Assembly (NCBI GenBank): GCA_016748015.1
Contig: JAAOMT010000711.1
Span: 1 to 6,552 of the forward strand
Length of the DNA stretch: 6,552 bases
Reading direction: 5' to 3'
Source of the DNA: Geosiphon pyriformis uo1
Taxonomy: Eukaryota; Fungi; Glomeromycota
In this document: positions 1 through 6,552 of the stretch, piece by piece
Position numbering within the stretch: position 1 is the stretch's first letter
Layout: each line of letters begins with the position of its first letter
Program-made: the position numbers and the translations under genes
Notes under the pieces: generated by a model
The model's input: only the letters and a program-made list of their open reading frames with translations
What the model was told of the DNA's origin: nothing
Database searches by the model: none

Positions 1-781
1 GTATGGGATGGTTACCCTAATAAGGATTGCACCTATCTCAAGCCATACCAATCAAGTTGTTGTATTTGTCTACATTGGGTGTTAAATAGTATTAGTATTG
101 GTGATTGGTGGGGATAGGGTATGACATCTGGTTTATTGGGGATCCTGATACCAATGGCCCTCATGTATAGGTTGTTGTAGGTATTATGGGCTTCTAGCTA
201 CATGTGTTTGATTGGTTAGTCACCCCAATAAGCCCAGCCAATACAACACCACTGACAACTACGCTTTAAAACCCACAACAACCCAACATGACTACTACAC
301 CAAAAGCCACATCACCACTTCCCTGTAAAGGATTTCTGGATAGTGATCCAACTACACACAAGGGGTATCAAATACAGAGTCTATCAAGGGAGTTATCCAC
401 AACCGTTGTACAGGGTCTTAAATACCCTCAATCCTCAGAACAACCAACCCCAAACTGTCTTCTTTAAGGATTATTCAACTTCTTGGAGACACGGGTGCAC
501 CTATAATAGAGGGTCCCAAACAACCATCTGACAAAAATTACCACCAAAAATGGGTACCACTCCTGTATCCATCCCATCCCGTGACCTCAAAGGGAACCCT
601 AGGGATCCCCACACACCCGGGGATCCATGGTATCACCACTGGTATCCCACCAATCACTAGGGATCCCCTCCCATCCCTCTCAGGTGGGGGGGTGGGGGGG
701 ATAAAGCATTATGATAGTCTCCCAACCCCCAAAGTGGTGCACCAATGACTAACTCTATGTAACCAAGGTACTCTTTATACA
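1..781 (+). repeat. Terminal direct repeat, copy 1 (781 bp)
   Basis: Matches 5772-6552 at offset 5771 with no mismatch seen by eye. The same 62-aa ORF is called at 343 and 6114. Confidence 0.97.
591..730. other. Palindrome/hairpin and G-tract cluster, candidate control region (second copy at 6362-6501)
   Basis: CTAGGGATCCCC at 599-610 and 657-668. An 8-bp stem GGATCCCC (603-610)/GGGGATCC (619-626). G7-T-G7 at 686-700, flanked by C-rich tracts 665-677 and 721-730. The function is inferred. Confidence 0.4.
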
Positions 782-1561
782 AGGATCCAAACCAACCAAT
801 CAACCTCTAACCAATTCAAGGACTTATCATAAACATGAGTATCAAATTAACAGAAGAACCTCATATCTTTAAAGGGATCCATAAATACCAGTCCTCCGGG
901 ACCCTTGCCCCATTGTGGTCCAAACCACCTCCACAAAAAGTACCAACTAAGCAGTACTCACAAAGAATCCCAATACTTTTGCACTGATCAGCTGACTTGG
1001 CCTTGATTGGGGAGCCCATTAGATGGGTCTGGTATGTGTAAAGGATTGTTGGTAGGGGGGGGGTTATGAGCACTTAGGGGGGGGGGGAGTTGGACAAATG
1101 AGACCAATCATCTAGGGAAACTTCCAGCTTGGGCTCTACTCCTGTATGTACCATAGGGGGTAAAGCTTGAGTCCATGAACAATTACAACCCAACTTGTAC
1201 TAAACAACCGAACTTGTACTGGCGGTACACATAACCGTAGCCCTGAGGGATACCTATACCTATGCATACTGTTGGTGTGTGACACAAGAATCAATACAAG
1301 CCTATCCTTGATTTGGTATCAGATCCTACCAATACCAATCACATAAGCTCCCAGATAGGCAAGTAGTCATCCATACCCTTTGTATCCCCTTTATTGGTAG
1401 ATTACTTAATAAGCATACCATACCCCTAGATCAGATCCCAATCCCCCCATAAAAGCCGGATCCCCAACAAGTAAGCAAATGGTACCCGTCAGCAAATTGA
1501 TCCTAAATGCGGGTCCTACGTCCTATCAGTCCACAATATTACCAACAACAGGGGTCCTTTT

Positions 1562-1643
1562 ACGACCATGATGGAATGGTAGACATGCCCAGTTTAGGCC
1601 TGGGTAGTACAAAGCTTTGAGGGTTCAAGTCCCTCTGGTCGTA
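1562..1643 (+). tRNA. trnL: tRNA-Leu, anticodon UAG, class II, bacterial/organellar type
   Basis: Acceptor stem ACGACCA (1562-1568)/TGGTCGT (1636-1642) with discriminator A1643. D arm ATG-GAATGGTAGA-CAT. Anticodon stem CCCAG/CTGGG, loop TTTAGGC, anticodon TAG at 1595-1597. Long variable arm AGT-ACAAA-GCT. T arm GAGGG-TTCAAGT-CCCTC. CCA is not encoded (CCT follows). Confidence 0.95.
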
Positions 1644-1682
1644 CCTAAGGGGTAAAGCTCCCATACATGGCTCCCAAACTAC

Positions 1683-2200
1683 TGTTTGGATTGGAGTATC
1701 GATACGTACTTGGTAGCAAAGGATGGTTGCAAGCCAATGAGCTTATGCCAATAGGATAGGGCTCTCAAGGCAGGGGGGGTTACAAAGGATCCTTTAAGAG
1801 GTCCAATAAAAGTAGGCATAGCTTTCAATCTGAGGCCTAAAACAGCCTGCGTCAACAAAAGAACTAGGGATCTACCAGTCCTTTGGCTACCTGACAAAAC
1901 ACTACCAATACATTGGGGGATCGTAAAGGGAGTCCTTACCAAGCCTTTATGAATGGTATACCAAAGCTTGGTGTGGGATGTAGGACATATGTCAAACTAC
2001 TTACTACTCATGGCCAATTCAACCAACCAATCAAAGCTTTGTATGGAGCTCAAATCCAGAACTTGTGGACTCTCAAAGGGGATCATGGGGATCCCTTGTA
2101 GGTAGTAAGTTGTCATGGGACCAAAGACTGGTAGCTATCAAAGGGACCATTACTTTACTCTATTTGGTATGGCATTGGGTATGTACACTCTGGCTTATGA
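1683..2200 (+). pseudogene. Possible decayed non-LTR (LINE-like) RT C-terminal fragment
   Basis: SIDTYLVAK (from 1695), KVGIAFNLRPKT (1809-1844), KALYGAQIQ and TLLYL loosely follow the YADD / GL.IN..KT / K..LY...I / LYLP order. No intact catalytic motif. Confidence 0.2.
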
Positions 2201-3049
2201 CTTGCAGTAGGGGTAGTTGGGGTGAGGGGGGGGGGTACTCATGTTGCAAAGGATCAAAGGAGGGGGGTATCATAGGGGGGTTGTACACAACGTACTCTGA
2301 GGCCTCTAAAAGATATCTTGTACAGATCACCAACTCTTAAGGGGGTTGTTTGTAGCCCCAATTAGGGGGTTAAAGCCATCCCTCAAAATACTGGCACCAT
2401 TTGTCTACCATGGGACCCCTCCACCTATCAAGCACAATATCCAACAATCCCTGAGTACTGATGGCTTTACCACTCCATCTACCCACACAAACATTGGGGT
2501 CCTGATAGTAAAGAACTGAGAGTATCGTACACCATTGGGGGAGTACTATACAAACAGGTCAAGTCAATCCCAAGCTGTTCGATGGGGTATTTGGCCAGAC
2601 TGACTAACCTGTAATCCCGAGCGTTAGGTTAAGGCCTTTACTATTACCCAGAAGCTACTGGTCATAAAGGATTCTTTACCTATAGGCTATCAATCTAGTA
2701 AGCCCTGGAGAGAGGACTCCAAATTCCGGGCCCCTTTAGCTTCCCGACAAACCATGTATTTGGTACTGAGTCCGGGGGGGTACTTAACTACTGCTTCCAA
2801 TAAGGGATCCATCATTAAGCTAATCCCGATCCATCTCGATCCCATAAGGGCACCTCATAGGGGGATCTTGTACCTCTCAGGGGGGGGGGTTGTGGGGGGG
2901 GGTCTCAGACCCAACACTTATACAATTGGGATTGGTAATGTCAGCTTCTTTGCTTTAGCCTAGGGGGGCTTACATACAAGCTTAAATCTTACCCCCTGTA
3001 GGATTGAGTCGTAAGGATGATGGGTAGATGGGTAGTACCCATGAAACTA

Positions 3050-4380
3050 TTTAGGATACAAAATCATTTAGCTTATCACCTCTAGCTGTATCCCCCATTG
3101 TGTTGTTACATGAGGCCTCATGTGTTTGTTACCTTGCAAAGACTGGGCCCCATCAAGGCTACAAAGGTTTGGTAGGAAGTTTAGCTTGTACTCGAATAGT
3201 CAGAAAGTCTACAACCCAAATACTCTCTTATTACCAACACAAAGGGATTGGGACTCAAACGTAGAAATGCCAAGATCCCCAAGTAGGGAGTCCCCCATCT
3301 ATATAGCCTATAGTACCCTATCCAAGGACCCCTTATGCCACAACGCAATATCAAATAGACAAATCCCTCCGCGTGTAAGGGAGCTACAAATACCAAGGGG
3401 TCCTTTATCCAATGAGTAGTCTACAAGACTTTGTGGTTAAACAGGATGTATAGGTCCCCCATAGTACTGCTACTACAGTTACCTACCACCAATCCTATCT
3501 GGATAGTCTCCATGTTGAATCATTGTATCCCAAGTAATGGCATCCTATCTAAGATCCCTGCCATATCCAAACTCAATCCCAGCATCCCTACTGCACAAAA
3601 GCTTTGTTGTGCCGGGTACAGCCTAATTGGTATTTGGTACAATTGGTTACCATAAATGACTGGCCAATATGGTATAAGGACCCAACAGTACCCACAAACT
3701 GAGCTACAGGACCCAGGCCTAAAAAGATCCCTTACCTTTAAGCTATTCATCCTTGATTGGTACTTTAGCCCAATTGTTGGTATAACTCAGTAAACAGACA
3801 GCCTTACCAAAACCAACCCTTGCTATGGGCTATCCAGTAGTGAAATGCAATCATCCAAGTAAGTAGCTATCCAAATACCCCAGTACTTTGATTGGGCAAT
3901 CTATATGATAACCATATACCCCACCTGGATCCTGTCAAAGATATACAGGCTTACCAATGGAGGGATTCTTAGCTCATATTGAACCTATTACCAATAGAGA
4001 CTCTATCTTCAAGTAGATAGTGAATAGGGATTGGATTTGGTAAGCAGTACCCATCAGTATTTGGTGGAGAAAAGAATAAGCAGTCTACGTTGTACATGGT
4101 TCAGGGATCAGACATTTAAACATGGAGACGACCCTCTTGTCTACGCCCCAGGCATCCATTGTTGGCAACTAGTTTAGGCCCCTATTTTAGAAGCGAGATT
4201 CCACTAGAGATCATACTAGACTACTCTCCAAACTTCTAAGTACAAGGATGGTAATAAAGGGTATCTATTTAAGTACCAGGATACAAGAGGTACGTAGCCC
4301 TATCAAGGATTCGTAGTAAAGCAAGTACCCAATATCCCAATAGTAATAGGAGCACTAATACAAGCTTATTCAGGATGGCA
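3050..4380 (-). pseudogene. Decayed reverse transcriptase-RNase H, most similar to DIRS/tyrosine-recombinase retrotransposon pol; many stops and frameshifts
   Basis: Collinear motifs on the minus strand: LLRILD..GY (~4319-4294), PCLNV*SLNHV (4125-4093), SLYIF (3951-3937), GIWIATYLDDCI (YLDD 3861-3850), ELYQQLG*STN (3788-3756, shifted frame), LLGIQ*F (3537-3517), and RNase H-like PYLGILA (3288-3268) and SDYSS (3204-3190). Boundaries approximate. Confidence 0.7.
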
Positions 4381-4869
4381 AGCTTATGACCCTCTGACAG
4401 GTAAGAATAGTAGCCCGTAACGATGGCTCAAAACATGGTGGTATCCTTTTAACTGCCATACAAAGTACAAGATATGCAGGACCTTAGAGCCTTGTACTCC
4501 CCATTGAGGCCCCTTGTAGGACTAGTACTAAACGTAGTTGAAGTGTGATAACAAACAGGTTAATTGGCATTTGCTTAAAGCTTTAATAGCTAAGATGGAG
4601 TACGCTTTACCATGTATCCCCTATTTTTGAGCTACCTATTACTTTTAAGGGCTAATACTGTACAGGTATTTTGAGTATAAGCTTGTATACTATAGATGAG
4701 GGCTGTTAAAGCGGGTATGGTTTTAAGTAGTCATGGCCCCAAATCAGATTTAACTAGTTAGGAACCTGTGGGTTACAATCAGTATAGGGTCCAACAAGGA
4801 CTGTTGGTTGAGTAGTCACTTGTCATCCGCTGTTAGTACAATCAATATCTCCATGGTATCCCACCAATG

Positions 4870-5930
4870 GGCTCTATTTTCCACCAATACCCACCAACAG
4901 GGCTAAGGAGTAACTACACCATCCCTACCCACACTTATACCCTAACCGTTCGCGATAGCTATCTAGCACCAACTGGATGGTCCCAATGGTGGACTACCTG
5001 TATACATCAATCAACCTGGCGTCTATAAGTCAACTTACTGTTGGACAAAAACCAGTCCTTGTATATGGTACTACTAGGATGACCCGGTAGACTTGATGGC
5101 TAGGGTAAAGTACTCTGACTATTGTGGTGGGATTGGGGTTATAGTCTTGAAGTCTGATCGATTAGAGGATATGGGGCATCCTTGTATCAAATGGGGCCCC
5201 CATAAACATTAGTGGTATTTAGCTAGAACAGTAAACACCTCGGCAGTATTGTAATAAGCAAGCCTAGTGATTGGAGCCTTGTATCCTAACCCTAACCCCA
5301 AATCTACCTACACAACCAATACACTACCCAATACCTATAATCTGGTACAATCAACATAACCCTACAAGACTGGATGTACCTCACCTGGATATGTATGACT
5401 TGTACCCAACTACAAAAACAAGGGACAATACGCCCCCTCTATCATATTTAGTGGTACTCTGATACAAAAATCATCCCTACTACCTATTCTTGGTATGCTT
5501 ATTGTGCCATTAGTGGTGACAGAGGGCTTGTAACCCAGTAGACACCCCAACTACATACTGATTTGGTTTATCAGAAAGGGGATCGGTATCCCAAGGTAGC
5601 CAACGAGGCTTATGGAGTAATTGGTATGAGTCCTCCTATCATCAATAAAGCTTTGTGTATGGTAGTTACCTGGCCATTAGGGTTAGTTGTCTATCTGATC
5701 CTGTTTACTACGTTTATTGGTACCGCCTGTTGACAAGCAATGGATCTATTTTGGGGGTATGGTCAGTAGGTGTATGGGATGGTTACCCTAATAAGGATTG
5801 CACCTATCTCAAGCCATACCAATCAAGTTGTTGTATTTGTCTACATTGGGTGTTAAATAGTATTAGTATTGGTGATTGGTGGGGATAGGGTATGACATCT
5901 GGTTTATTGGGGATCCTGATACCAATGGCC
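4870..5930 (+). pseudogene. Heavily decayed Ty3/Gypsy-like RT-RNase H fragment
   Basis: Motif relics in the expected order: FHQ (4879-4887), PNG (4982), Y*DD (5072-5083, same frame, 30 codons after the P), KHLGSIVIS (from 5233), RNase H-like SCLSDPVYY...ILGVWSVGVWDGY (in ORF 5655-5888), YDIWFIGDPDTN (5891-5926). Each motif is weak alone; the support is order and spacing. Confidence 0.45.
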
Positions 5931-6552
5931 CTCATGTATAGGTTGTTGTAGGTATTATGGGCTTCTAGCTACATGTGTTTGATTGGTTAGTCACCCCAAT
6001 AAGCCCAGCCAATACAACACCACTGACAACTACGCTTTAAAACCCACAACAACCCAACATGACTACTACACCAAAAGCCACATCACCACTTCCCTGTAAA
6101 GGATTTCTGGATAGTGATCCAACTACACACAAGGGGTATCAAATACAGAGTCTATCAAGGGAGTTATCCACAACCGTTGTACAGGGTCTTAAATACCCTC
6201 AATCCTCAGAACAACCAACCCCAAACTGTCTTCTTTAAGGATTATTCAACTTCTTGGAGACACGGGTGCACCTATAATAGAGGGTCCCAAACAACCATCT
6301 GACAAAAATTACCACCAAAAATGGGTACCACTCCTGTATCCATCCCATCCCGTGACCTCAAAGGGAACCCTAGGGATCCCCACACACCCGGGGATCCATG
6401 GTATCACCACTGGTATCCCACCAATCACTAGGGATCCCCTCCCATCCCTCTCAGGTGGGGGGGTGGGGGGGATAAAGCATTATGATAGTCTCCCAACCCC
6501 CAAAGTGGTGCACCAATGACTAACTCTATGTAACCAAGGTACTCTTTATACA
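5772..6552 (+). repeat. Terminal direct repeat, copy 2 (781 bp)
   Basis: Starts GTATGGGATGG at 5772 and ends ...CTCTTTATACA, as 1-781 does. Both copies run to the window edges, so the true repeat limits are unknown. Confidence 0.97.

Larger units (their letters stand above)
683..2968 (+). repeat. Dispersed plus-strand poly-G tracts
   Basis: G runs of 6 or more at 686-692, 694-700, 1055-1063, 1077-1087, 1773-1779, 2226-2235, 2262-2267, 2275-2280, 2774-2780, 2880-2889, 2894-2902 and 2963-2968. Confidence 0.9.

Noticed and set aside
343-531. 62-aa ORF (also 6114-6302) and the other short ORFs in the track as real genes
   Set aside because: All are under 100 aa with no recognisable intact domain; several are stop-free pieces of the RT fossils or their antisense.
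782-810. Primer binding site or polypurine tract next to the repeats
   Set aside because: No TGG-initiated tRNA-complementary stretch or pure purine run here or at 5741-5770 in either orientation.
1593-1599. Amber suppressor tRNA
   Set aside because: The anticodon is UAG, which reads CUN leucine codons; an amber suppressor would have anticodon CUA.
2455-2530. Hammerhead ribozyme core near the CTGA motifs
   Set aside because: None matches CUGANGA with a paired GAAA and flanking helices.
3108-3123. Perfect 16-bp palindrome ACATGAGGCCTCATGT
   Set aside because: Single occurrence in a palindrome-rich sequence with no supporting context.
3050-4380. Active RT read with an alternative genetic code or restored by U-to-C editing
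   Set aside because: All three stop codons occur in frame, motifs switch frames, and a segment between the LN and YW motifs seems deleted. Recoding alone would not restore the ORF.
5285-5299. Telomere-like CCTAACCCTAACCCC
   Set aside because: Only about two units and internal; compatible with chance.
1-6552. CRISPR array, rRNA gene or canonical organelle protein gene
   Set aside because: No regularly spaced repeats and no rRNA or respiratory/photosynthetic motifs recognised by eye; not every frame was fully translated.

Overview
No intact protein-coding gene is evident. Bases 1-781 are repeated exactly at 5772-6552, so the window is best read as a 5771-bp unit (a circle with assembly overlap, or one tandem unit); an LTR reading is possible but less favoured. 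The only clearly intact gene is a bacterial/organellar-type class II tRNA-Leu(UAG) at 1562-1643. Much of the rest looks like decayed retroelement pol: a DIRS/tyrosine-recombinase-type RT-RNase H on the minus strand (~4380-3050, intact YLDD), a Ty3/Gypsy-like RT-RNase H on the plus strand (~4870-5930) that runs across the repeat boundary, and possibly a LINE-like fragment. The DNA is strongly CpG-depleted, enriched in palindromic hexamers, and has plus-strand poly-G tracts confined to 683-2968. Working hypothesis (inference): a single-tRNA organellar, probably mitochondrial, minichromosome padded with fossil retrotransposon DNA. All protein motif matches and counts are by eye.
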